Below, one piece after another: positions 52,432-64,000 of a stretch of DNA of 64,000 nucleotides. How positions within the stretch are numbered: position 1 is the stretch's first letter; the number at the start of each line of letters is the position of its first letter. The stretch lies in NCBI RefSeq assembly GCF_009834535.1, contig NC_045697.1, positions 91,514,001-91,578,000 of the forward strand, read 5' to 3'. The stretch is from Camelus ferus (lineage: Eukaryota). Below the pieces are notes generated by a model. That model searched no databases and was not told the origin of the DNA. It worked only from the letters and a program-made list of their open reading frames with translations. The position numbers and the translations under genes were made by a program.

Positions 52432-54330
52432 GTAAGTAGAAAATAAATGAAAATATGTCCCGACTATAAGAGTTTTTTGAAATTAATTCTTCGTAGAGTA
52501 GTAGTAACATTTTTTGATCGAAGAATACATGTGTAAAAGCACTGAGTAGAGTGCTTTGTTTCCCAATGATCTTGAGTAAGTATTTGATAGACTGACTTTG
52601 GACAAACATAGTCTCTCTCACTACTGTCAGTAAAGCACTTATATTTCCATAGCAATGTAAGAAAAGTCTTGCTTAATGAGTACTGCAACAGCTGGTATAG
52701 AAGTATGGCTGCCAATTCATTTATGGTTCCTTTCAGAGCTTAATGGCCAGAGGCATCTGTGTTTTCTGATGTGAGCAAAGGGTTAATAAATCCTTTCCCC
52801 TGCTGCTTGACTCTGACCTTAAGTTAACTCTCTAATTCTTTTCTCCTGTAACCTCATAAGGATAAAAACGTCAACTGTATTTCTAGGCAACATAGATGGG
52901 GATAGCATGGCTTCTGGTTTCCCTTTAATAGTTATGTTCCCTGTGGGGACCCTGGAAGCTATGTCTAGAGAGTTATTACAAAATATACTATTTCCTGTGG
53001 GGCAGCAGGCATGTAAGCCAAGGTATCTCCCACACTTTCCCATTTTGAGTCTGATCTCTTTGCACCTGAAGCAGTCACTTATGAAGAATGTAGTTCCCAG
53101 ACAGCCTTATGAATGCTACATGGACTGCTGCAAACACTTCCCCCTTAGGGAGGAAAGCCAGATTCTGTCCTGGGGCAACCTGAGACTCCTGCTGTATAGC
53201 GTGTAGTCAAGTGGCCAAGATAGTCTGGTGAGTCTGCATGCTTAGAAAAGCCTACCAGAGACATCCCAGTGGGCTTTGCAGCATGGTAGACTAACTTTCC
53301 TGCCTTTTTACCCTTGGAAAGTACTGCACTGTCCTTATTCTCCCTTGTCCTTCCTGTATGCCCTTACTTTGCTCTACTTTGCTTTTTATCTATTCTTACC
53401 TGTTTATTCTGCCTGACACATTTTTCCCTTTTCCCCTTGCTTTTCTCCCCAGTCCTGGCCCTCTTTCTCCCTTCCTTTCTCTTATCCTTTGCTGTTGTTT
53501 CCTTGACCACTTAATCTGGATTGACACTTGTGACTCTAAAACTGGTTCAGCCTGGTCAGGTGGGCAGAGTGGGACAGGACTCTAGATGCAACTCATTCAG
53601 GGCTTTCATATCAAGATGGTTTGTTTCTCTGCCTCTTCGCAAACTAATACTTTCCTGTATTCAAGCTTCTTTTTTATACATTACTGGAGGCTTACTCTAG
53701 ATAAAAGTATAATTATGCCATTGGCTAGGGCAGAGCCAGGGCGGAGTGATTTCCTACAGAGCTGAGTTCTACTGCAGCGTATTAGCAAAGCCTTTCTCTC
53801 CTCATTAAGCCACAGTGGAAAGCTTCCTAATCATTAAATGGTTTTTCCTGGAAGGAAAAGAAATAGAATTAATACTGTTTTACATAAACCTACCTTGCTT
53901 TGGTAAAGGAGTCTATCCTTTAATCTGTTGAGTTGAAACTTTTAAAAACAATTGTTTATGTAATTGATATAAGTTACATCAAAGTCTGACTATGAAAACA
54001 TCTATAAGAGCATAATATGATTCCTTTAAGGCTAGATGGGATGAGTCAGGTTTGAGGGCTGATTTTTATTTCTCCCTTTAGCTGTGAGGGAGCTAGCTAT
54101 TTGTAGAATTGAAAGGAGAGTGCTTTGAGATATGGGTGAATATTTTCAGAGCTGAATGTTTGATTACTAGAATGAGAAAATTGTACACATAGGATACATC
54201 TTACCTTCGATATTCTTAAAGTAGAATGTTGTCCTATCGCAGATGTGACAAAATATATAGCCCTTCGGGGCAGTTTTTTCACAAATGCATAGTTCATTTA
54301 AATTCCCACCTTCTTTTTCTTTGCATTTAG

Positions 54331-54418
54331 TCATCGTCTGGAGTACTTCAAGCCTTTCAGTTTTAACACACTGCTTGGAGAAGAGTGGAAACAGCCAGAA
54401 TCAGAACTATGGCTATAG
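54331..54418 (+). CDS. C4orf33: C4orf33 last coding exon: [28 protein letters not shown] (protein 193 aa as assembled)
   Basis: Polypyrimidine acceptor ...gcatttAG; in-frame TAG at 54416-54418. Confidence 0.92.
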
Positions 54419-55054
54419 AGAAACCTGAGGTATAGGAGTATAGTAGGTGACCGTATCAGTCATTTCGTCCTATACCTTTTAAGGTAAATGAGTAATAAGT
54501 ACAATCTCTTTGAAGAAACTGTGAACACATTTCAACAACAAAGATTTTCATAGAAGTCAATGAAATCATAGTATCTCTCTGGCAAATTGTGTATAAATTA
54601 ACAAGAAAATAGAAAGTTCATAGATGATTTTAACTATAAAGTGAAACTGTTTCTTGGAGTCACTTAGTCCAGGAGTCATCATGTCAACAGGTTCTACCAT
54701 CTGCCTTGCATCACCATTACCCCAAATATCCCTGTCTCTGTCAACCAAAATCATTATTTCTCTTCCCATTTCCCTAAACTTCAGCCAGTTTGAAACTGAA
54801 CATCTTATTTGCACATTTTTGAACTCCATCATAACATGTAATAATTTGTTACTCAGAATCTTATGTCCATTCTTGAAATGAGGAGAAAAATGACATATTT
54901 TAGTTGAATAGGAAATCCATCTGTTCAGGAATTATTATGATACACGTGCTATTTAATCAGCTGTTTTTCCTGTCTTACGACTACTTTTTTTCTGTAGAAA
55001 GAAATGGAATAACATAGTCTTGAATTCAGGCATCAGATTCTGCTTTCACTTACA

Positions 55055-55060
55055 AATAAA
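55055..55060 (+). terminator. Candidate C4orf33 polyadenylation signal AATAAA
   Basis: First canonical hexamer I noticed after the stop (~640 nt downstream), followed by T-rich sequence. Confidence 0.3.
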
Positions 55061-55064
55061 TGAC

Positions 55065-55243
55065 TTTTTCTTTTTTGTTTGTTTTCATATTTCTTTTTTG
55101 TTAAAGGTTATTATAAGATATTGAACATACTTCCCTGTGCTGTACAGAAGAAACTTATTTAAAATCTATTTATGTTTATAGTGGCTAACATTTATATGTC
55201 TCAAATTCCCAAATTTATTTCTTCCCACCCCCTTTCCCTGGTC
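55065..55243 (-). mobile_element. Short L1 3'UTR fragment
   Basis: aagatattgaacatacttccctgtgctgtacag resembles the 3'UTR at 1278-1310. Confidence 0.7.
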
Positions 55244-55889
55244 ATTTTCTTAATCCTATTAAACAAGATGTCTGAAATATCATTCTACTTTATAAACATC
55301 AAACACTCCTGGTCTATAATTTTCAAATTTTGTGTTATAATTCATAGTTTGAAGCCATCTAGTAGATTATCTATGAACTTCTCCACCAAACCTGGTCCTT
55401 CACCAGAATTCTTAACTCACAGATAAGCGATCTTGGAGAAGAAGAACCTTTATTACAGATACCTAATTTCCTACGCAATGATATACTTTCTCCTCTTCTT
55501 TGCTAGTTCTTTTACATAACTTGAATGTTTAGGGGCTCTGCTCAAAAACTAAATTTTCCCAAATTCCTCTGTAGATAGAAATGACACTATAAAACAGTTC
55601 AGGTCAGTGAGATGTAAGTATACAGTGTTAGAGATGCCTTACAGATGAAAGACTCAGTTGCCATATACATTTTGTCCTTTACTCTTCCTCTTCCTTTTTC
55701 CTGAATTGTAGAATTAATACCTGAGGTAACATAAGTAGCTCCACTGTGTTAATAAAGAGACAACCCAGGGATAGCTCAGTAGCAAGACAAAGGAGTCTGG
55801 GTTTCAAACAGCACAGTAGAGTAACAGATCATATCCGGACTGCCTACCTGAAGACTTCATTATGAAGAAGAAAATAAACTGCCTAATTT

Positions 55890-57420
55890 ATTTCCCCCAG
55901 TTGATCTATAGATTCAGTGCAATATCATTTAAAAACCCTAGAAGGCTTGTTTGATAGAAATAAGCAAGTTGATTCAAATTTTTTATGGAAATGCAAAGGA
56001 TCTGAAACAGCCAAAACAATTTTGAAAAAGTACAAAATTGGGGGACTTGTATTTCCTGACTCCAAGACTTCTTATTAAGCTGCATCATTATACTGATGAA
56101 GACAGTATAACGTTAGCATAGACTTAGACAGAGATATCAGTGCAACAGAATAGAGAAACTAGAAAAAAAAACTACATGCAGTCAGTTGATTTTTGACAGA
56201 GATAGTAATTTATTTAAAAAGAGAAAGGATAGTCTTTTCAACAAATTGTGTTGGAATAACTGGAAAAACATGAAAAAAAATTAACCTAAATGTGACTGGT
56301 TAAATAAAAAAAATTCTAGGAACAAATGTTCACAATCTGGTGTAGACAAAGATTTTTTTTCAAATAGGACATAAAAAACACTAACTGAAAATAAAAAATG
56401 GGAAATTGGACTTCATCAAAATTTAAAATTTCTGTTCATCAAAATCTTCCATTAAGAAAGTAAAGGAGCAGCCCAGCAATTCCACTCCTGGGTATATATC
56501 CAAAAAAAACCCCCAAAATACTAATTTAAAAAAGTACCTGGCAACCTAACGTTCATAGCAGCATCATTTGCAATTAGCAAGATATGGAAACAACCTAAGT
56601 GTCCATCAACAGATGAATGAATAAAGAAGATATGGTATATATATTCAATGGAATACTACTCAGCCATAATAAAGAAGGAAATGTTGCCATTTGAAACAGC
56701 ATGGATGAACTTAGAGGATATTATGCTAAGTGAAATAAGACAGAGAAAGGTAAATACTGTATGATATCACGTATGTAGACTCTAAAAAATAAACTAGTGA
56801 CTAAAACAAAAAAGAAACAGACTCAGATATAGAGAACAAACTAGTGGTTACCAGTGGAGAGAGAGAAGGGGGAGGGGCAAAATAAGGGATAAGGAATTAA
56901 GAGTTACAAACTACTGTGTATAAATTAAATAAGCTACACGGATATATTGTACAGTACAGGGAATACAGCCAATATTTTATAATAACTAAATGGAATAAAC
57001 TTTAAAAATTATGGATTACTGTATTGTACACCTGAAACTTGTGTAATATTATATATAAACTATACCTCAATAAAAAAAGAATTAGGAAAATAAAGTGGAA
57101 AGGCAAGCCACAGATTGGGATAAACTATTCAAAATAGACATATTTGACAAAGGACTCTCCCCAAAATATATAAAGAACTCCTACAATCAATAGTAAAATG
57201 ACAAGCCATTTAAAGAGCAAAAGACTGGAACAGACACTTCACAGATGAAAATATGTAAAAGGCCGATAAGTATATAGAAAGGCTCTCAACCTCACCTACC
57301 ACCAAGGAAATCAAAACCATGAGATACCACTGAATAATAACCAGAATTATAAATTGGTGTAATGGCTAAAATTGAAAACAACTAACAATACTAAGTATTA
57401 ATGAGACTGTGGAGAACCTT
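55890..57420 (+). mobile_element. Old L1 ORF2 fragment with a younger L1 3' end nested at ~56468-57080
   Basis: Host ORF2 resumes at ~57095; degenerate TSD attaagaaagtaaag / attaggaaaataaag. Confidence 0.8.
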
Positions 57421-58302
57421 AATCACAGGTTCAGGTATATACCGTAACTTTATAGCATGAAGGCAAAGCAAAGCACAAATAATCCTAGATACAAGCAAAA
57501 TTATGTAAAATGTTGAATTTGGATATTATGGTTTGTGAGCTTTCTAAAACTTATTTTTATCTGTTTGGTTGTTTTTAAAACATCTCTTAACTTTTGTCTA
57601 GATAAGAAATATTTTCCTTCTCCCAATACCAAGCAAACAAAAACATGCTATATAAGCATTTTCTTTTAAAAGGAACATGCAGTTCAACCACAGAATTTTG
57701 GAAGATTTGTCCATTAGTAAGATACAAACAATGCACCCTATAGAAACTTAGTATTTTAAGAGTGGGTGTTTGTAATAGCTGTTTGAAATTTGTTTTTCAA
57801 TTCTAGGACTAAAGAATAATCATTCCTTTGTTTAATATATGCATAAGTGTATTTCCCTGCTGTGTGGTAAATTATTCACTACAGTATCACGTAGGTTCTC
57901 TTTTCTCACCACCTAAATAGATTACACAGTGTGTATATTTATTCAGGTGCTTTGTCATGCTTTTTCTCAGCTTCAGTAAAGTGTAAGTCCCAGTCCAGAG
58001 GGAAATATAACATTTATTTTTAGCCCTCAAGTACCTTTTTTGACGCTAAAAATTTTTTTGCCACAGGAAAAAAATACTTAAGTTTTTCTCTTCCTTTTCC
58101 TCCTCCTCTTTAAAATATTAGGCTCGAGGGCAGAAGGTAATGAATACAGTTAACCTGATATTTAAAAAGTAAAAGGAAGGTTATAAGTGGTGAAGTTATT
58201 ACAGTAAACCAACATTTCTACTCATGCCTCAGAGCCCGTCTCCTTTTTCCCATTTAAGTTTCCATAGTAATTAACATTACTTTATTGCAGCACTTTTCCC
58301 AT

Positions 58303-61300
58303 TGTGCATTAGAAAGCTCTCTTGACACAGCAGCCAGCTAATTGACAGCACCTTGCCTCAGCTTATATATATCCTGTCTTGTGGCTTCGCTGCTGCCTCA
58401 GCTGTTGGGGAACCCATTTAGTCAATCTCATACATAAACTACCCTGGATGTGTGAGGGAGCTTACACCCTATGGGACAACTCTTAACCAAGAAGGATGGA
58501 AGTAGGTGGATACATACTCCTTTCATCTGTGAGGCTGACAATTTGGAGTTCCCTTCCACACAGCCCCTTGGAGGACCCCTAAAAACATGCCACTCTGGTT
58601 GTTCACAGCAGTGGCCAAATAGTAACACAACTTATATTGCCTTTCCCTCATTTTCTGTTTTACTCTTCCTAATTCCTTACTCCTGTTTGGAATTACTTTA
58701 CCAAAATCCTACATGCAAGCATTTCAAACAGCTATTACAAGGTGTGCTTTATGGGGGACCCAGGCTAAGTCAGTTGTCACCTGCAGTGGCCCTCAGAAGT
58801 AGCCCTTCAGGATGGGAATCAGGAACTGTATCTCCCATGGGGCATTCCATGCTAGGGGCCCCATTGGTGGTTGTGATGACCCTGGTGTAACATCATAGTT
58901 ACTAAGATTTTCAATGGTAGATGGGCTTGAAGTGCAGGTGAAAATCAAACATCAGTGTAAGTGGTAGATAGCACATGACATAGAAGTAGTGGTAATAATA
59001 GGGACTGTGGTGTTAACTGCGTTTTTTTTTTTTTTTTTTAACAATTCTGTTGCTGAAATGATTCCATTTGCTCTTTCTACATTAACAAAAAGTAATAATT
59101 TGGGGGGGGTGGATTCTGAGAAGATGGCATGGGGTGTTAAACTTGGAGCTTAACATCTTGACAAGGACACCTGGAACTTAGCATGCTGCCAAGATGACTT
59201 CTTGAACTTGGATTTAATGGTAGCTTTTAGTACATGAAGCAGAAATGCTAAAATTGCCTTGGTGGAGTATTGAGGAAAGGTCAAAGGCTTGAAGAGATGA
59301 TGATGTTAAAATGTTAGAATATGAAAAAGAGAAAAATACATATATACATATATATAAATAACTGAATCCCTATGCCATACACCAGAAACTAACACAGTAT
59401 TGTAAATCAGCTGTACTTTTAAAAAAAAAGAAGCCAAAAATGTAGAATATTATATGAAACCAGAGAACCCTCCATCTATATTCATCAGGAGGGGAATAAA
59501 ATAAAGAAGCTGTAGAGGGTAGCACCATCATTCTTGAGACACTCAGTAGTGACCTCAGTAACTGTAGGTAGCCTATGTAACCCACTACTGAGTAGATAGT
59601 GTTGCCATAGAACTGGGATTTCTCAATGAGCATCATAAGTTCCCAGAATATCAGAGCTGCTAGTTAACAGAAGTCATGTGAATGTAATTTCTGTAGTGAG
59701 CAATAAGGTAGGAGTGGCAATCAGAATGTATTAACATCAGATATCCATGAATATGGCTAATATTCCAAAGTATACCTGAGGGTGATAAAAGTAGCCAGCC
59801 AACTTGAATGTATACCAGAAAAATAATTCAGAGCTGGTGAGAAGAAGGCTGTTTACAGCTCACGGAATAGATCATTGTGATATGTCACCCTTATTGTAGG
59901 TCTAATCCAACTTTCAGATCCATAGCCAATTGAAAGAGAAGCTGAATCCTCTTGATAAAATAACCAGCAGTGTCACCCCAAGAATATACAATAAATATTC
60001 TAATTCTTCCCCAGAGAGATCTGTGGCCATTCAATCAGAATAACTTTAAGTTCAAAGAGAGGTGACTACTAAGATGTTTGGGGACTGTTGAATACAGTAA
60101 ATTTGATAACTGAGCTGACATTAATAATAAGGTACCTGAATTACATTATGGCCCTCTGTTAGAATGGGGCACATGGAGGCCAGGTGATCAAAGAAATCCT
60201 GGCCAAGAACATCTCACAGTAGTTCCATCACCCACACCCTCCTGCCCCCAGGTTATTCCCCAGAGCAAGAAAGGGTGTTGCAGCACTTTTGGCTATGGCA
60301 CAGTTGGCCCTGTCACCCCTTAGATACCTTCAGCATTGTCAGATTAATGGCGTGACAGGGCCAAGAGGTATCTATGGTGAGTAAGAATATGGGGTAGGGT
60401 CTCTGGAAAGCCCCAACAAGAGAAGTCTAATACAGACTCTTTAGGTTTATGGAGCAAGGCCATGTCTTCTGTTGCTAAGAATATATGAAAAGAAGTTTCT
60501 ACCATACTCCTGGGTTCTGGTAAAGGCTGAGCACCTGACCATGGGACACATAAGTGACTATGTGACCAGAGCTACCTATCATGAGATAGGTATTATCAGA
60601 TCTGTTAAGTCATGAGATCAAGAGGGCATAGCAGTAATCCATCATCTGATGCCAACACTACCTTTAAGATCAGGTCCAGAGGGCACAAATAAGTTGCATG
60701 AATAGGTGTCCCAGAATCCCACGTCACCTACCTTTGTTGTGTTGATGCCTTTCCCTCAGCTCACGTCCATGGCTTCATGGGAGGATCCCTACAACCAAAT
60801 ACAAAGGAGGAAAAAAGTCAAGCCTGATGGGTTAGTACTAACTGAAAGGGAACTCTTGCTGTTCTTCAGGCCCAATTAGGAAAGTCCTTGAATGACAGAT
60901 GAAGGGAAAGCCTTCTAGAGGACAGGTACATGAGCAATTTACTTTGTCATTCACTTGCATTGTGAAGAAATGCCTGTAAGTACACATATTTAAGGACCCT
61001 TGGGAAATGATTTGACTGGTTGGGGCAAGATTTGAAGTTGGGAGGCAAGGAAGCTTGGGAAGGAGGCATGTAGATGGACTTATGGTTTTAGGCATAAAGC
61101 ATGAGGATCTTTTTACATTTCATATTAATCCCTACCAGAGCAGATCCATTGTAGAGGAAGCCCTGAATAAATAGGTGGTCACAGTGACTTAACCAGTGGA
61201 TGTCAGCCAGCCTCTGTCCTCAGCCACTCTTGAGCTTGTACGATGGATCCATAAATAGAGTAACCATGTTGGCTGGGATAAAGGCTATGTGTGGGCCCGA

Positions 61301-62969
61301 TAGCGTGTATTCCTTCTTGCTGTGCTGAAACTAGTGACCTACTCTTGAATGCTCAAAATATCAGCAACCCAGACTAATGCCAAGACCTTGATATGGTACT
61401 ATTCCTTGAGGAGACTTGCCAGCCATTTGATGGCAAGTTGATTATACCTGGCTCCTATTTGAGAAAGACAACAGCTCATCTGTGCTGGAATCAGCATCTG
61501 TTCCAGACTTGAATTTGCTGCCACCATCCAAAAAGCTTATAGGGTGTCTGGTTTCCTGACATGGGATCCTATATAATATCACCTCTGACCAAGTGACTCA
61601 TTTTATGGTAGAGGATATATGAAAATAGTTGCATTCCCACAGAATCTACTGGTCTTACCATATACTGTGCAACCTGAAAGCAGCCACCTAACAGAATGAT
61701 GAAGTGGCCTATTAAAGGCTTAACTAAGTAGAAGCTCAGGGACAGCTGGAAGGTTGGGCTGATATTTTTAAGGATGTAGTATTTGCACTGAACCTGAGAT
61801 CCAAGAACCTGAAGGTGGAAATTGGCGATTCTCTACATCACTCACAATGATGCAACTGTGGGCTCTTTTGGATTGGAGGTAAAGTGAGAAGCCTTCCACA
61901 ATGGAACTCAGTGAGTTTTCCACAGAACCTGAAGCTATGAAAACCACTTAGTCTTAATGGCTTCTTGTGCTAGCAGTTCATCAAGCAAGTACATGCATAA
62001 TATTGGAAGGGGCTATTGATCCTGACTACCATGAAGAGTTAGTGTTACAACTTTAATGGAGGCAGAATGGATTATGTCCTCCTTAGGGGATCCATTGAAA
62101 ATGGGCATCTCTTGGTGCTTCAGTGTCAATTGAAAACCTTGAATAGGCAACTGTAGTGACCACAGCCTGACAAGGCAAAGCAGCCAAGGACACTAATCCA
62201 ATGAGAATGAAGGTCTGGATTATCTCATCACTCAAACAACCTGTACCCACTGAGGAGCTTGGCCAAATGTGAAAGAAGTGTAGAATTTGTGGTGGAGAAA
62301 GTAGAAGATAAATGTCATTTATACATATAAAATCAGTTGCAGCAGTGGAGACTGTAGCTTGTTTCACTAAATATTTTGCATTAAAGCTTTATATGCTGGC
62401 TGACCACTACCTTAAAGACTGTTTGACTCAGTATGGAACATGTGGCTGCAAGGAGTAGACTGTACTGGATAGCTCTTGTGTCCCACCTCACATCTTCTCA
62501 AGCCATCTTTTAAGTCTACCTGTTTCACTCTTTGATAGCATCTTACCTCTGTGTACCACATATATCTTGGTTTCTGCCTTGGTGCTTTTCTGACACTTCA
62601 GCTACATGGAACACCTGTTGCAATATGCTCAGCTATTCTGGCATAAGTGCAAACCTGCAAGTTTGAGGGAATTAGCATCCTTGGTCAAATGGGGACAGGA
62701 GTTATTAGGTAAATATTCCTCTCTTCAGAATATTCTTTGGATAGACAGTTCTGAGGTAAATTCCATATAGTTCTTCAGTGGTCCTCAGGACTAACCTTCA
62801 ATTGCCTATGGTAGTGATCAGCTCAAAAACACAACATTATATTGGTTTATCCTGTTTACTTTTTCCAAAATCTCCATTCTCATTCTTTAGAATCATGTTC
62901 TAAAGTTAATGAATGGCACTGAGCTCTTTTCTCAGGCTCTCCTTTTGGTGAAACCCAGACTAAAGTACA
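58303..62969 (+). mobile_element. Degenerate ERVL (class III) provirus with LTR16-like LTRs (~58303-58772, ~62461-62969)
   Basis: Both LTRs end ...acccag(g/a)ctaa..CA; integrase relics WQVDY (~61430), SDQ.THF (~61585), ..GLLKA (~61705); purine tract before the 3' LTR; short L1 tail inserted at ~59323-59436. Confidence 0.7.
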
Positions 62970-64000
62970 CTGCATTGTAATTATTCATCTTTATGTCTCT
63001 TTGTTATTCTGAAAGACCTATCTCCACAAAAATAGTCCAGAGCTCATTTAAGCATTCAGCTAGTGTTTATTGGATTTAATAACTTTAGAGGATATATTTC
63101 AAAATTTCATGTGTAGGGACAATCCTGGAATATTTTCCGTTGTGCTACTGGTTTTAGTGAGGGAAGGAGAGAAGGTGGAAATACATCCAGACATCACCTT
63201 TTTCTCCTCTCTCTTCATCTTTCCTTGTCTTTTACCTTCCTATTTCCATTGGAAAATAGATCGGAGACATAGGACTAGTTAGTTGTGACTGGGAAAATGG
63301 GCCTACATTTAGGAAATTAAAAAGTTCTCATTTTCCCCAAAATCATAACTCAGACTTTAGCAACCTGCAAAAAAGATTTTTTTCCTGTCACACAAGCCAC
63401 TTTCAGTGTCCTAGATAAAATAAATAGTAGACAAAAAAGGAAAGGACCTGTGTCTTTTTCATTTATTCTAGTTTTATCAGTGCCTATGCCAAAACATTAT
63501 TTACGTAGTACAGTCATCTTAAATTGTATTGATTTTTAAATAGAATTTCTTTTAAGGTTCCTCTAGCCACTCCTGCTACTTCTTCTGGCCCCTAAACATG
63601 AGGGTCTCCCCACTTCCTTCTGTCTGTCCCAGGTGTCCATTCTCCCCAGTCCTTTCAACTCACCCCACCTTTTCCATTAGTCTTCGTCACGGACAAAATT
63701 TTTAATTTGTCTAAGTGCCGATCTTTTAAATAGGTATTGACTCAACCGTTAGGGTATTTTACACTATTCTGGACTTAAGTCCAAGAGGTAGAGCATTTGC
63801 ATTTTGAGATGAGTATATCTGTGTAACAAATCTTCTAATTGAAGATATGTATGGGGGCATATTTTTAAAAAAATTGTCATTCCTCAGCACTACCCACTTT
63901 CTTTCTTTCTTTTTTTTGATTGGTATAATGACTTTATTTGTAATATAAGTGTATGACATAACCTCACTGAAAGTGGTAGGAGAAAAAAGGAGTTTCCTAA

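Noticed and set aside
58471..58890. 139-aa ORF
   Set aside because: Spans an LTR and leader of a decayed ERVL; no gag/pol similarity

Overview
Mammalian genomic DNA, very probably camelid (two tRNA-derived SINEs match my recollection of the camelid Vic-1 family). It contains the 5' part of SCLT1 on the minus strand (coding exons 1-6; the gene continues off the left edge). Head-to-head with it, across a CpG-island promoter at ~37.6-38.55 kb, lies the complete coding sequence of C4orf33 on the plus strand (5 coding exons, 47056-54418), with a second CpG island at ~41.75-42.1 kb. The rest is intronic or intergenic and rich in repeats: young and old L1, MIR, MER3/MER20/MADE2/Tigger, ERV1-type solo LTRs and a degenerate ERVL provirus. 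Main oddities: (1) the SCLT1 start codon position reads ATA, with an in-frame stop just upstream; (2) C4orf33 ends 6 codons early through an apparent 1-nt deletion; (3) a ~90-bp direct repeat brackets the bidirectional promoter; (4) a three-level nest of L1 insertions, each with its own TSD, whose innermost member is an ORF1-only 'half-L1'-like element. Gene and repeat-family names come from recalled reference sequences, not from searches. No prokaryote-type system (CRISPR etc.) is present.
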